In this document: one piece after another, positions 10,661 to 21,544 of the stretch
How positions within the stretch are numbered: position 1 is the first letter of the stretch
Layout: each line of letters starts with the position of its first letter
Assembly (NCBI GenBank): GCA_964464605.1
Contig: CAYXJN010000007.1
Span: forward strand, 62,001-126,000
Length of the DNA: 64,000 nt
Direction of reading: 5' to 3'
From: an uncultured Ignavibacteriales bacterium
Lineage (GTDB): Bacteria > Zixibacteria > MSB-5A5 > GN15 > FEB-12
Made by a program: the position numbers and the translations under genes
Notes under the pieces: generated by a model
Seen by the model: the letters and a program-made list of their open reading frames with translations, nothing else
Told to the model about the DNA's origin: nothing
Database searches by the model: none

Positions 10661-11236
10661 TTATTGACTACTCCCCGGCGGACTTGCATACCGCCGGATG
10701 ATTTCGTAATCGATCGTGTAATCGAATCCGAATTGAACATGGGTGACCATTCGGTCTTCGTCAACTGTGACGATGGTCGGCCAGAATTCCATCTGATAAA
10801 AATTTCGCCACCTGTCACCGTCATAAAAGATGACGTTCATGCCATCAACTAAACCGGCGTACTCTATCGGTACGTCTCCCCCGGCGCGTTCCATACAGAC
10901 GACGCATTGCACATCGTCATGCAGCCGACTCTGAATTTTCTCTTTCCAAAATTTCAACAGATCATGGCAGGTTTCACATCCAAAATGAGTAAAGAATAAA
11001 ATTGTCTCTTTATCTTTCAGCAGTGATTCGAAGTTTCCGGTATTGCCTTCACGATCGGTAAAATCTTCGGAAGGAAATGCGTCGCCCGTTCCAAACGTCA
11101 TGGACAATTCTGCCGATCCGGGAAGCGGTTGCGCGATAGCGGGCACTGGTTCTTTAGTGAAAATGAGAAATCCGGCGTAGACGCCAAGTGCCGATCCGGC
11201 GAGACAAAGAAGAACAAATAGCAGATTCCTTCGCAT
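10661..11236 (-). CDS. Membrane-anchored thioredoxin-fold (TlpA/redoxin-like) protein
   Basis: N-terminal TM, CxxC (CETC) after a beta strand, FWPT cis-Pro-like motif. Confidence 0.7.
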   Translation of the reverse strand: MRRNLLFVLLCLAGSALGVYAGFLIFTKEPVPAIAQPLPGSAELSMTFGTGDAFPSEDFTDREGNTGNFESLLKDKETILFFTHFGCETCHDLLKFWKEKIQSRLHDDVQCVVCMERAGGDVPIEYAGLVDGMNVIFYDGDRWRNFYQMEFWPTIVTVDEDRMVTHVQFGFDYTIDYEIIRRYASPPGSSQ

Positions 11237-11442
11237 ATAGACAGACCCCTCCAATGGTCTTTCCGCCCTACCAACTCATAATAAAAAGAAAACCAGCCTC
11301 TGCCTTTGGGGGATAATATGGTATCGGGATGTCAAATTATGGCACTGCTAAAAATGATGCTTGATTATTTTACGATTGCCCTACAACGAGTTACCGGAGA
11401 AACGACGTACAATGCGATATGGCAAAATTATGTGTTAGCGCA

Positions 11443-11949
11443 TCAATCTTCCGAATCTCGGCGAAACCGTGTTTTCGACAATGCGAGGCCAATCTGCGCG
11501 AGCAGTTGCGGGTTAGGGTAGCTGCCTGATCCGCCGGATATGCCAATTTCGAGCATGAAATGATCAAGCGTCAACCCATAGGAAAAATGCAGGTAGCGCC
11601 ATTCTTTACCACTTTCACCTAGAGTGGGGGTATTGATCATCGAATAACCGATACCAAAGGAAAGTTCATGAATAGTCTTTTTTCCTTCCCCTACTTTTTT
11701 CACCACGCTTCCCTGAAAACCATAGGCCGGTCCTCCGCTTCCCGGAAATCCACCGATAGCAAGCCGGGCGCCGAATTTCTTTTCAGTAAAGGTGGCACAA
11801 TTCAGATGGAAAACAGCTGGTGTCCCGAATGTGATGCCAACAATTGACTTGACTGGTTGGAAGGTTGATTTTGCTTGATTGAGATCATCAAACTCACCGG
11901 CATGCGAACTGACAGCAAGCAAGAGCCAGAATAACCCTGCGCGTTTCAT
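11443..11949 (-). CDS. Hypothetical secreted protein, possibly a small outer-membrane beta-barrel
   Basis: Signal peptide; alternating Gly/aromatic beta strands. Confidence 0.55.
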   Translation of the reverse strand: MKRAGLFWLLLAVSSHAGEFDDLNQAKSTFQPVKSIVGITFGTPAVFHLNCATFTEKKFGARLAIGGFPGSGGPAYGFQGSVVKKVGEGKKTIHELSFGIGYSMINTPTLGESGKEWRYLHFSYGLTLDHFMLEIGISGGSGSYPNPQLLAQIGLALSKTRFRRDSED

Positions 11950-11986
11950 ACTCTTTTCTCCGGTACAATTTTTTTTAGAACCAGTG

Positions 11987-12634
11987 CTATTTCATGACGT
12001 TGTCCGTCACTATCAACTCCATGTTCTGCAACTGATCCTGCTCAAGTCGTTTATCAAACACCCAATAAACGTTCTCTTCAATTTTCTCTTCCGGTAATAA
12101 CTCCCATTCAACGTAAATAAAATCAATGATGGAGTTAATATATGCGCCTTTACTTTGTACACCATCGATCTGCAGTCTGTACTTTCGCAAATCATAGACT
12201 GACTTTTCGGTCGAAAGATTCACTATTTCTATAGTACCGTATACCGAGCTTACTGTGTCTTGCCAATGCCTCAATCCATAAAGCGTACACGTTACCTGTT
12301 TCCCATCCCTTTCGATAGTCAGCACTCTTTTTGAATCGAAACAATCACAGAGCAATGACTGCGGCAAATTCGCTAAGACACACGTCGCAAAATATACCCA
12401 CACGATAAGAGCGATACTGACAAACAAATAGATTTTCCGTCTCGCTTTGTCAATAAACAGCCCAAGACCATTAATAATCAAAAATACAATCGCGATGCCG
12501 GGCGTTCCGTAAACAACAATCGTCGAGAAGAAATCCCCCGGACCGAACGATAATGCTACCAGCAACACAACCAACAGCGCACCAAAGTAGTTGGCACCCC
12601 GAAATATCTTAATGCTGATATTTTTGATATCCAC
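11987..12634 (-). CDS. Hypothetical membrane protein (3 TM plus soluble domain)
   Basis: Long ORF with three hydrophobic segments. Confidence 0.6.
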   Translation of the reverse strand: MDIKNISIKIFRGANYFGALLVVLLVALSFGPGDFFSTIVVYGTPGIAIVFLIINGLGLFIDKARRKIYLFVSIALIVWVYFATCVLANLPQSLLCDCFDSKRVLTIERDGKQVTCTLYGLRHWQDTVSSVYGTIEIVNLSTEKSVYDLRKYRLQIDGVQSKGAYINSIIDFIYVEWELLPEEKIEENVYWVFDKRLEQDQLQNMELIVTDNVMK

Positions 12635-12659
12635 TTTCGATTTCCCTGCTTCGGATATT

Positions 12660-12688
12660 ATTACCCCACTCGATTCGAGTGGGGTAAT
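12660..12688. repeat. Perfect palindrome with 14-bp arms (terminator or REP-like)
   Basis: attaccccactcga-t-tcgagtggggtaat just downstream of the M16 peptidase stop. Confidence 0.75.
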
Positions 12689-12711
12689 TTCAAAATCAAT
12701 CGACGTCGGTA

Positions 12712-15700
12712 CTACTTCGCGGATCCAACTACCCAGTAATCACGCGGATAAAGGCGATACAATTTCGTGTCGGCGCCTTCTACCTGTTTGAGATACTCTT
12801 CATAGGTCGAAAGTTGTTTTTCAGGACCGATCACGAAGAAGACCGCGTCGAAATCTTTCATATCCTGTGCAGCCGGATTGCCGTAACCAGGGAGCACCCG
12901 TCCATGCACCCGTTCTTTGCGCGTGTACAGTGAATCATAAAAACCCGGCGCTTTGCGCAGTTCCAACATTCCACTCCGGTAGCGCTTGACCGCATCCGGG
13001 GTGATGCCATCGACAATATTTTCGGCCATCGCTTCTCCGCGATAGTTGTAATCATCGGCCGCACGGGAGCTCAAGAAAGCCTGTGCCACGGCGTAATCGC
13101 CGAGGGAGGCATCTTTCGGTCCAGCTTTCACCGCTTTGACGACAAAATCCATCGTCTGCGCCAAATCAGGTGAACGTTCGGCGTAATACCACAAACGGCC
13201 ATTGTCTTCATTGGCACGAACGCCGTTGGAATAGGCTAATCCGGCGCCGATAGTTTGCGTGAAAATCGTGTGTGAGCCATGCCCGCCGTACACACGTCCG
13301 GCTAAGAAGTCGAGCAGTTTGGCCGGATCGCTGTCGGCATTATTGGCCAGTTGAGCGGTGTTGTAATGGACGCCGGAACGGGTGTTCTCATTCACTAAGG
13401 CTACAAAGACCGGAGTTGCATCGGTACCCAACCGTGACTGCACCCGTGAAACAACAACCGGTGTGTGGGCATGGGTCGGGGTTACCGACGCAGCTTTATT
13501 CAGCTTGTCGGCAATTGCGCCCAATGATGCTGTCACAAATGGAGTCGCTTCCGGGCTGGCGATCGTAAAGCCGCGCACGTTATCGGCGTGTCGCACCAAG
13601 GCCAGTGTGTTGCCAAGCCGTACCAGCGCCTCTTTGGCTGGCATTTTGTAATCGGCCAAAATCTGTTTACAGAGATAATCCCAGTCGGCCGCAATCGAGC
13701 CATCCGGAATATCATCAAGACAGCGGTTCAAATCTTTGGCTGCTTCGGCGATGTTCTTAATTGTTTCCGGCTGCATGGTGATCATCGCATCCAAAAGCAC
13801 CTTCGCCGCACCGCCGCGAACTTTGACTTCTTTAGCGGTGCCCATTAAGGCTTCGAGCATATTTTTCAAAAGTGACCGATCCGCCATCGCCGGATACTTC
13901 GCCAATTCAGTCATAAAGAAGGTAAACTCTTCATCCAAGCGCGGGCGTCCGGATTCTTTCAGCTGCCATTTGAGACGCTGTAAATGATGCGCCTCGGTCA
14001 AAAAGCAGTTGGTGCTTAACAATAGCGGATTAGTCTGCCGCCAATAGGCGTTTGTTGGTTCATTCACCCAGCCCTCTTCACCGCCTTCCATCCGGTCACG
14101 ACTGCCGGAAAGGGAAAGTGCAACAACATCCTGAATTCGTGTCAGGTTTTCCGGGCGCAGATCCGGATTGAACAGTGCCGTCTCAAGCCAGTTCAGACCT
14201 TTGGCTAATTCAACGCTGTCGCTGCCTGAGGCGCGAACAATCAGTTCGACGCGCTCGGTGCGGTGGTTGGTGCTGAAATACGCATCGAGCGACAAAATAT
14301 CCCGGCGCAACTGTTCGGTCATATCACTGAAACTGACAGGGGTATCTCCTTTGAGTACGCCGATCTGTGTTATCAGTGACGGCAGCATCGAAACATACAT
14401 GAGTAAAGAATCCGGAATAACAGCGGCATTGAACGCCAAGCCGAACGCACCGCCGGAATAATTGGAAAACTCCGATGACACAAGCGCACCGCCACCCGGC
14501 AGAGTCGTCGTTTTGAATTGAAGGTAATCATCCAGCGTCAGCGGCGGGTTGCTGACAAACGTCGGCGTTTTGATAGTCAACGCGATAGAATCGATCTGCG
14601 TCGTCAGTGAATCATAACTCTTTTTGAAACTTACCAAAGCGAGTGAATCGCTGGTAGCTTTGTATTTCTGTTTCAGGTTGTCGGTGAAGGCTGAAATGCG
14701 GTCCTTCAACTCAGTTTCTTCTTTCGCCAGTACCTGCGGATCGGCATGAGTGCCGACCACGTACGGCTGCGTGTTGGTCAACTGCCAGGCATCAAGATAC
14801 ACACGCCAAACATTGGTAGAGCCGGATAAAAGACTATCCGCGAAATTCAGTTCATCACTCAAGGTAAGCGAGCGACGGTCTCCGCCTGAGCGCTGGACAC
14901 GTTTGAGATGATCGAACCATCCGGAACCGACACCGCGGCGACCAAACGACGGAGGCGTGTTCAAAAAGACACGATACTGCCGACGCTGCTCGATAATTTT
15001 GTTTTTGATCCGGTCGTTGAATTCTTTCAACTCCGGTGAACCATCCGGCCATGAGGCAATACGGGTCAGTTCATTCATGATTGCCTTGCGCAGGAAATCA
15101 AGCATCGCCGGTTCAGTTGCGGCGGTGTTGACATTATTCAAAATGACCGAAACCGGCATACCAGTAAAATCGCTGACCGATGACCAAATCCAGTCGACGC
15201 CGACATCCACTTTTTTCGTTTCGGAATTGATGAACATCTGATACAAATTCGACGTTTGCCCTGAACCGAAGTTCTCAATAAACAAACGAAGCAGTGTTTC
15301 CTGACGGGCATCTATATGCCGCACCGGCGGCCAGGCCATCGTCACCATTCCTGGCTGATTGACATTGGCATGTGGGAATGCAACCCGTTTGATGGTGCCG
15401 GCTTCAGCCGACATCGCTTTCGGTAAACGGGCTTCGAAGGTTGCCGGGTCCTGAGCTTTTTTCCCGTTCGGTTCAAGCCGTTTGAACATTGCAGAGAAAC
15501 GAGTGAGACAATCTTTCAGTTCAACCTGATCCGGAATGGTGACAATTGCACCCATGTTATTGAGATGATGAGTGGAAGCATGAAAGTCCCGAATATTCTG
15601 CGGCGTCATGGTGCGAATCGCGGGCGGATAGCCGCCGGAGTTGTAGGAATACGGATGTCCAACGCCCCATACCAAGCGATCCATCTCCTGCCCCATCTCT

Positions 15701-16302
15701 CCCCAAGCAGATTCAAAGCCGCGTTTCATTTCATTGTAGACCGTTCCTTTTTCATCAAGGCGAAGGCTGCCGTCTGAGTTTTCTGCAATCGCCATATTGG
15801 CGACTTCACGGCGAATTTCTTCATCGCTGTAATTCGGATGGAGCATGGCATCGAGTTTTGCTTCAAACAACTCGAAGAAAATATCCGTACCTGCTGTTGT
15901 ATGGTAATGGTAGCAGGTCTGCACCTGCATGGTAAAAGCGGAGCTTTCGCCGAGATTCATTTCTTCAAGCGAACCGACATATTTCCCGCGCGTTCCTTTT
16001 CCTAAAAGCAGATGTTCCAGCGTGTGCGGCTCTCCCTGATCAGAGGGGGGCGGTGTATTCACCCAGACATATGATTGCGGAACAGACTGAATACGGAGCA
16101 AATCAAGCACGAAACCGGTTTTTTCATGACGAAACCGCGCACCCACTACCTGTTTGAGATCATTTTCATACAAGCATTCCGTTTTGAAATCGGCGATTTT
16201 GCTGCCGATGGATAACTGCGCCATCGGTTCCGCATATGCGGACATAGCAAACGCACAGATAAATACCGCTAATCCTGTCTTGAAGACGCGAGAACAGTTC
16301 AT
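12712..16302 (-). CDS. Secreted M16C (presequence-protease/insulinase-like) zinc metallopeptidase
   Basis: Inverted zinc motif HTLEH (HxxEH), KGTVYNEM, YSYNSGG.P; signal peptide. Confidence 0.85.
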   Translation of the reverse strand: MNCSRVFKTGLAVFICAFAMSAYAEPMAQLSIGSKIADFKTECLYENDLKQVVGARFRHEKTGFVLDLLRIQSVPQSYVWVNTPPPSDQGEPHTLEHLLLGKGTRGKYVGSLEEMNLGESSAFTMQVQTCYHYHTTAGTDIFFELFEAKLDAMLHPNYSDEEIRREVANMAIAENSDGSLRLDEKGTVYNEMKRGFESAWGEMGQEMDRLVWGVGHPYSYNSGGYPPAIRTMTPQNIRDFHASTHHLNNMGAIVTIPDQVELKDCLTRFSAMFKRLEPNGKKAQDPATFEARLPKAMSAEAGTIKRVAFPHANVNQPGMVTMAWPPVRHIDARQETLLRLFIENFGSGQTSNLYQMFINSETKKVDVGVDWIWSSVSDFTGMPVSVILNNVNTAATEPAMLDFLRKAIMNELTRIASWPDGSPELKEFNDRIKNKIIEQRRQYRVFLNTPPSFGRRGVGSGWFDHLKRVQRSGGDRRSLTLSDELNFADSLLSGSTNVWRVYLDAWQLTNTQPYVVGTHADPQVLAKEETELKDRISAFTDNLKQKYKATSDSLALVSFKKSYDSLTTQIDSIALTIKTPTFVSNPPLTLDDYLQFKTTTLPGGGALVSSEFSNYSGGAFGLAFNAAVIPDSLLMYVSMLPSLITQIGVLKGDTPVSFSDMTEQLRRDILSLDAYFSTNHRTERVELIVRASGSDSVELAKGLNWLETALFNPDLRPENLTRIQDVVALSLSGSRDRMEGGEEGWVNEPTNAYWRQTNPLLLSTNCFLTEAHHLQRLKWQLKESGRPRLDEEFTFFMTELAKYPAMADRSLLKNMLEALMGTAKEVKVRGGAAKVLLDAMITMQPETIKNIAEAAKDLNRCLDDIPDGSIAADWDYLCKQILADYKMPAKEALVRLGNTLALVRHADNVRGFTIASPEATPFVTASLGAIADKLNKAASVTPTHAHTPVVVSRVQSRLGTDATPVFVALVNENTRSGVHYNTAQLANNADSDPAKLLDFLAGRVYGGHGSHTIFTQTIGAGLAYSNGVRANEDNGRLWYYAERSPDLAQTMDFVVKAVKAGPKDASLGDYAVAQAFLSSRAADDYNYRGEAMAENIVDGITPDAVKRYRSGMLELRKAPGFYDSLYTRKERVHGRVLPGYGNPAAQDMKDFDAVFFVIGPEKQLSTYEEYLKQVEGADTKLYRLYPRDYWVVGSAK

Positions 16303-16345
16303 ACCAACATCCTTTTACAAATATGATGAGTAAATATTTTTAGAG

Positions 16346-16747
16346 TTATCCTGCGTGGTAATCACGCACCACGGTTGTTTGGATACCGCCTCGGGAATTA
16401 AAAACACCTTCCAGCCGGGCACGGCGGGGAGCGATGGCACTGATGAGATCATCCAGCACCCGGTTGACTACATTTTCGTGAAAGATTCCTTTATTGCGAT
16501 AAGCGAGCAGATATTCTTTAAAGCTCTTCAGTTCGATGCAAACCTTATCAGGTACATACGTCAGATGAAGCTGCGCAAAATCCGGCTGGCCGGTTTTCGG
16601 GCAGACACAGGTAAACTCGGTAATCGACATCTGAATCTCGTACTCCCGGTCGGGATAAATGTTCGCAAAGGTTTCGATTGCCGGGGTCTGCCAGGAACGG
16701 ATGTCCTCCTGACGGCCTTCATATCCTTCATATAATGAGTCGCTCAT
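16346..16747 (-). CDS. queF: NADPH-dependent preQ0 reductase (preQ1 synthase)
   Basis: [26 protein letters not shown] and RGGI motifs; start trimmed to MSDSL. Confidence 0.95.
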   Translation of the reverse strand: MSDSLYEGYEGRQEDIRSWQTPAIETFANIYPDREYEIQMSITEFTCVCPKTGQPDFAQLHLTYVPDKVCIELKSFKEYLLAYRNKGIFHENVVNRVLDDLISAIAPRRARLEGVFNSRGGIQTTVVRDYHAG

Positions 16748-16832
16748 AGCCGGGGAATATATAGGAGGGGTGACACCCCTGCAACGGCTAAACCGCTTGG
16801 CCGATTGCCGTTTCGGGCTTATCTTACGGATT

Positions 16833-17540
16833 ATGACTGGTTTGACTAAGCCAAAAGCCGTTGTTTTATTAAGCGGCGGAATCGATTCAGCCACTACCGC
16901 GGCTGTTGCCCGGCGGGAGGGGTATGAGCTCTATGCCCTCTCCTTCGACTACGGCCAGCGCCATCGGGTTGAACTCCGCTCCGCCCGGCAGGTAGCAGAG
17001 TCACTCGGCACGAAAGAGCATTTGACGGTCAAACTCGATTTAAACGTCATCGGTGGGTCAGCCCTAACCGACAGTATCCCGGTTCCTAAAGATGGCATTT
17101 CCAATGAACGCACTATTCCGATTACGTATGTCCCGGCACGAAATACGATTTTTCTTTCGGTCGCCTTAGGCTGGGCAGAAGTGCTGGAGGCAAAGGCGAT
17201 TTTTATCGGCGCCAACGCCGTCGATTATTCCGGTTATCCGGATTGCCGTCCGGAATATTTAGATGCCTTCAAAACGATGGCGAACTTAGCTACTCGTCGC
17301 GGTGTGGAAGGAAACCCGATCGATATCAAATCCCCCTTATTGCATTTAAGCAAACGGGAAATTGTTCTTTTGGGGACGGAATTAGGGGTCGATTATTCGC
17401 TGACCAGCAGTTGCTATGATCCGAGTGAAACCGGCAGCCCGTGCGGTGCCTGTGAAAGCTGTCGATATCGGCAAAAAGGATTCGCCGATGCCGGGCTCGA
17501 AGATCCTATTTTACAATCAGCCGGTAAACACGTCAGCTAA
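16833..17540 (+). CDS. queC: 7-cyano-7-deazaguanine synthase
   Basis: [33 protein letters not shown]. Confidence 0.97.
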   Translation: MTGLTKPKAVVLLSGGIDSATTAAVARREGYELYALSFDYGQRHRVELRSARQVAESLGTKEHLTVKLDLNVIGGSALTDSIPVPKDGISNERTIPITYVPARNTIFLSVALGWAEVLEAKAIFIGANAVDYSGYPDCRPEYLDAFKTMANLATRRGVEGNPIDIKSPLLHLSKREIVLLGTELGVDYSLTSSCYDPSETGSPCGACESCRYRQKGFADAGLEDPILQSAGKHVS

Positions 17541-17542
17541 GT

Positions 17543-18298
17543 ATGGCCATCAGCTACCAACCCCTCATCTCTCCATGGCCGGCAACATTCGGGGACAAAC
17601 TTCCGGTGTCGGAACTGTTCTACTCTGTGCAAGGGGAAGGAAGATTCGCCGGTTGGCCTGCGGTGTTTATCAGACTCAAATACTGTAACCTCGGCTGTTC
17701 CTGGTGCGATACTCGGTTTACCTGGGATACAGACAAAATTGAAACCGGCGAACTGATGACCGCTGAACAGATCGGCGATAAAGTTATGGCATTATTACCG
17801 CCCGATATCTCCCCCGCCCGCGTTCATGTGGTTATCACCGGCGGTGAACCGATGCTGCATCAAGACCGTATACCAACCCTTATCAATGAACTAAAAAAAA
17901 GTAGCCTCTCTTTTTTTGAAATCGAAACGAATGGCATGTTTGTTCCAAATGAAGCAATGACGAATGCTATTACCTGGTGGAATTGCTCACCGAAACTGAG
18001 CAACAACGGCTTGTCGATCGAGCAAAGCCGAGTACCGGAAGCAATCAGCGCGATACGCGCCACCGGCAAAGTCGATTTCAAATTCGTGGTACGAAATGAT
18101 GATGATATCGCCGAAATCGAACGGGAGTATCTCCCGTTAATACAGGAGAGATCTTTGGTAATGCTTATGGCGGAAGGAATGACAGCCCGCAAACAAATCG
18201 AGATGATGCCATTTGTGATTGAAACCTGTATGAAACATGGATTCCGGTTCTCCCCACGATTACACATTCTCAACTGGGGAAACCAGCGCGGTAAATAA
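17543..18298 (+). CDS. queE: 7-carboxy-7-deazaguanine synthase (radical SAM)
   Basis: SVQGEG, CNLGCSWCDT, TGGEP, IETNG, SPK. Confidence 0.95.
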   Translation: MAISYQPLISPWPATFGDKLPVSELFYSVQGEGRFAGWPAVFIRLKYCNLGCSWCDTRFTWDTDKIETGELMTAEQIGDKVMALLPPDISPARVHVVITGGEPMLHQDRIPTLINELKKSSLSFFEIETNGMFVPNEAMTNAITWWNCSPKLSNNGLSIEQSRVPEAISAIRATGKVDFKFVVRNDDDIAEIEREYLPLIQERSLVMLMAEGMTARKQIEMMPFVIETCMKHGFRFSPRLHILNWGNQRGK

Positions 18299-18663
18299 TG
18301 ATGAAAGTACGACTGTCAAAAGAATTTCGATTTGAAGCCTCGCACCGGCTGCCTCACCTCCCACCGGATCATCCCTGCTATCGTTTGCATGGACACAGCT
18401 ATAAAATCGAAGTGGAAGTGTACGGCCCGGTCGATGAGCGGACCGGATTTTTGATCGACTATGCCGACTTGAAGGCAGTGGTTGACCCGATTATCAACGA
18501 ACTCGATCACCGGCACTTGAACGATATCGACGGACTTCCCCTCCCCTCATCGGAGCTTATCGCCCGCTGGCTCTGGCGGAAAATTCAGCCGAATCTGCCG
18601 ATACTAAGTAGAATAAGTGTCTTTGAAACCGCCACCACCCGTTGCGACTATACTGGAGAGTAA
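18298..18663 (+). CDS. queD: 6-carboxytetrahydropterin synthase
   Basis: FEASH, C.RLHGHSY, LDHRHLND, ET motifs. Confidence 0.95.
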   Translation: MMKVRLSKEFRFEASHRLPHLPPDHPCYRLHGHSYKIEVEVYGPVDERTGFLIDYADLKAVVDPIINELDHRHLNDIDGLPLPSSELIARWLWRKIQPNLPILSRISVFETATTRCDYTGE

Positions 18664-18664
18664 C

Positions 18665-21544
18665 ATGAAGCCTGTACCCATCTCAAAAGCAGCTCTGTTT
18701 TTTGTCGCAATACTCTTTGTCGCGTCGGCCGTTACTCAGGCAAATACGGCGAAGTTTGATTCTGACCTTGCTGACTCATTGAATAAAGTCGGTGATGCTG
18801 TTCGTATTCCGGTCTGGATCGAACTGGAAAAACCGGCGGAATTGAATTCATTGCTATCCGATGTCAAATCTGCTCCCCGTGAAACGGCCTATTTAACCGC
18901 TATGTCCCGCTTGAAACGGGCGCATGAAACAGCACAGCGCGGGCTTACCCGATATTTGCAATCCCGAATGGCAACGGCGAATGACACGAAAATGAAACCG
19001 CACTGGCTTATTAATGTCGTTGAAGCATCATTGACTAAAAATGAACTCGAAGAGCTCGCGAATCGTTCCGACGTCAGCGCCATTCATCTTCCACCCTATA
19101 TCACCAGCATCGACGCAGGGAAAGAGGACGAACTAAATCCGTCGGCATCGACTTCTTTTGCCGTTGAAAATAATCTGAAAAATATCAATGCCGATGATGC
19201 CTGGGCGGCCGGTTTTACGGGTCAAGGGAGAGTTATCTGTTCATTCGATACCGGTGTGCGCGGGACGCATAACGCGATTCGCAACGGCTGGAAAGGACTT
19301 GATGGCGACTCTGCCGCAGCTTGGTTCGATCCGGTCTACAATCAACCGTTCCCGCATACGATTGCCAGCTCGAGCCACGGAACACACGTTATCGGTATTA
19401 TGTGCGGTCATAATGACGGTTCCGGCGACACGATCGGTGTCGCACCGGATGCCAAATGGATTTCGGCAGCCGTTATCGATATTCCCGGTGCGTCGATTAT
19501 TGATGCCTTCGAATGGGCCGCGAATCCGGATGGTGATCCAAATACGATTGCCGATGTCCCTGACGTTATCAATCATAGCTGGGGGGTTCCCGGTGTCGGC
19601 TGCACGGAATTGTTTTTTGATCTGATCGATTACACCGAGGCACTCGGTATTATAAATGTATTTGCAGCCGGTAATGACGGTTCGGCAAATACCTCTATTC
19701 GTAATCCGGGCAACCGGGCGAATGATTCACTCGATTGTTTTGCCATCGGTAATCTCGCCTATCAAGGTGATACGATTAATTCGAACTCATCACGCGGACC
19801 ATCAAACTGCAATATCGGTGCGCGTAAACCGAATGTCGTTGCGCCAGGAACGCTGATTCGCTCCGCATTCGGTACCGGCGACAATAATTACGGCAATATG
19901 AGCGGGACTTCGATGGCCACACCGCATGTGGCAGGATTGGTTGCCCTCATGCGCGAGAAAAAACCGAACGCATCGGCCGAAGAAATCAAAGAAGCGATTC
20001 TTACTTCCACGCGCACCGGCGGCAATATCGTTCCGGGTAACACCTACGGCTGGGGTGCGATCGATTGTATGGCGGCGTTGAATGAACTCACTGCAGCAGT
20101 CGATCCCGCATTCCGGGTATATAATTTCATGTATGCACCGGTCGATCCGGGTCAAACCGCTCGTGGTGTATTAACACTCCAAAACCTTGGTAGTAACGCA
20201 ATGAATGTGGTACTGACCGTAACCGGTAATAACCCGTCTTTATCAGTAACCTCCGGAACAGCCGCTTTTGGCTCCGTCGGTTCTGGCGTGATAAAAAGCA
20301 GCACCGACTCGATTCGTATCGCGGTTTCCGATACCGTTACCGAAGGAAGCCTGCTTCCGATTGAAGTGACCGTTAGCAGTACCGGCGGATATGAAGAACT
20401 GCTTACATTGGTTATTGTAGTCGGTGATCCGTTATCCCGCTCGGTTGTTACCCATAATTCCGGGCTGATTCAGTTTACCGTTTCCAATTTCGGATCGTTC
20501 GGATTTGCCAATGCCTCCTTCTACCCTGTCGGTGGAGCCGGATTTAATTACAAAGCGTCCGGCAATGATGTGTATGAAAGTGGGCTGATGATCAGCGATG
20601 CCAGCACCAGTGTTTCCGACGGCGTCAGAAACCTGGCCGGAGAATGGGATGGGGATTTCAATGTTATGGCTGGCGGCAATATCGCCATAACCCAGCCGGG
20701 TGCACTGGCCACGCAGCAGACATTTACGCGGATGAATGACCTGCGCGCTGAAAACCCTATCGGTATTGAATTCACGCAGGAAACATTCTCATTCGGCGGT
20801 TTTGGAACCTATGATTTTATCATTTTTCGCTATATCCTGAAAAACATCACCACGATCACCCTTTCTGATCTGGCTGTCGGTCTGTACATGGATTGGGATT
20901 TGCCGGCTGCCTTTTACAATAGTGATGCCGGCGACTGGGACCCGACCGACAACTATCTCTGGGCGGCATTCAACCCAAGCAGCTCACCACTCGTTAAGCG
21001 AAACACCCGCGCGATGGCGGTGCTTGACGGCACCACATTGACGGCGCATACCGGACCGGCGACTGATGTTTCCCTCGCATCCGGTGGGTTTACCGAAACG
21101 GAAAAATTCGCAAAGCTGCATTCCGGCTTTACTACAAGCGGCATGTTCGCCGAAGCTCGCACTGACCTGTATCAGATTCTCGCTGCCGGGCCGATCACGC
21201 TGGACCAAGGAGACGTCGATACCGTTTCCTTCGTGATTGTTGCCGCCGACAGCCTGCAGTATCTCACGACTGCGGTCGCGACAGCGCGGCAATTGTATAC
21301 CGATGATTTTCTTTCCTGCTGCAAGAATGCGCGCGGCAACGTGAACAATGATGTCGGTGATGCTACCAATATTTCCGATTTAACCTTCCTGGTGAACTAT
21401 CTTTTCCGCGGCGGCGCGTCTCCGGTTTGCGCGTTGGAAGCAAATATCAACGGAGATGCTGGCGGCAGTATAAATGTTGCCGATTTAACCTTTCTGGTGA
21501 ATTTTCTCTTCCGTGCCGGCGCCAGTCCGGGAACTTGTCCGTAA
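18665..21544 (+). CDS. Secreted S8 serine peptidase (bacillopeptidase F-like) with C-terminal dockerin-like domain
   Basis: FDTG, HGTHVIG, FAAGN and SGTSMATPHVAG motifs; duplicated dockerin-like tail. Confidence 0.9.
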   Translation: MKPVPISKAALFFVAILFVASAVTQANTAKFDSDLADSLNKVGDAVRIPVWIELEKPAELNSLLSDVKSAPRETAYLTAMSRLKRAHETAQRGLTRYLQSRMATANDTKMKPHWLINVVEASLTKNELEELANRSDVSAIHLPPYITSIDAGKEDELNPSASTSFAVENNLKNINADDAWAAGFTGQGRVICSFDTGVRGTHNAIRNGWKGLDGDSAAAWFDPVYNQPFPHTIASSSHGTHVIGIMCGHNDGSGDTIGVAPDAKWISAAVIDIPGASIIDAFEWAANPDGDPNTIADVPDVINHSWGVPGVGCTELFFDLIDYTEALGIINVFAAGNDGSANTSIRNPGNRANDSLDCFAIGNLAYQGDTINSNSSRGPSNCNIGARKPNVVAPGTLIRSAFGTGDNNYGNMSGTSMATPHVAGLVALMREKKPNASAEEIKEAILTSTRTGGNIVPGNTYGWGAIDCMAALNELTAAVDPAFRVYNFMYAPVDPGQTARGVLTLQNLGSNAMNVVLTVTGNNPSLSVTSGTAAFGSVGSGVIKSSTDSIRIAVSDTVTEGSLLPIEVTVSSTGGYEELLTLVIVVGDPLSRSVVTHNSGLIQFTVSNFGSFGFANASFYPVGGAGFNYKASGNDVYESGLMISDASTSVSDGVRNLAGEWDGDFNVMAGGNIAITQPGALATQQTFTRMNDLRAENPIGIEFTQETFSFGGFGTYDFIIFRYILKNITTITLSDLAVGLYMDWDLPAAFYNSDAGDWDPTDNYLWAAFNPSSSPLVKRNTRAMAVLDGTTLTAHTGPATDVSLASGGFTETEKFAKLHSGFTTSGMFAEARTDLYQILAAGPITLDQGDVDTVSFVIVAADSLQYLTTAVATARQLYTDDFLSCCKNARGNVNNDVGDATNISDLTFLVNYLFRGGASPVCALEANINGDAGGSINVADLTFLVNFLFRAGASPGTCP

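Noticed and set aside
16346..18663. 7-deazaguanine DNA-modification (dpd) system or preQ1 riboswitch
   Set aside because: Only queF/C/E/D are present with no dpdA/tgt paralog, and the 85-bp divergent gap shows no riboswitch pattern; ordinary queuosine biosynthesis.
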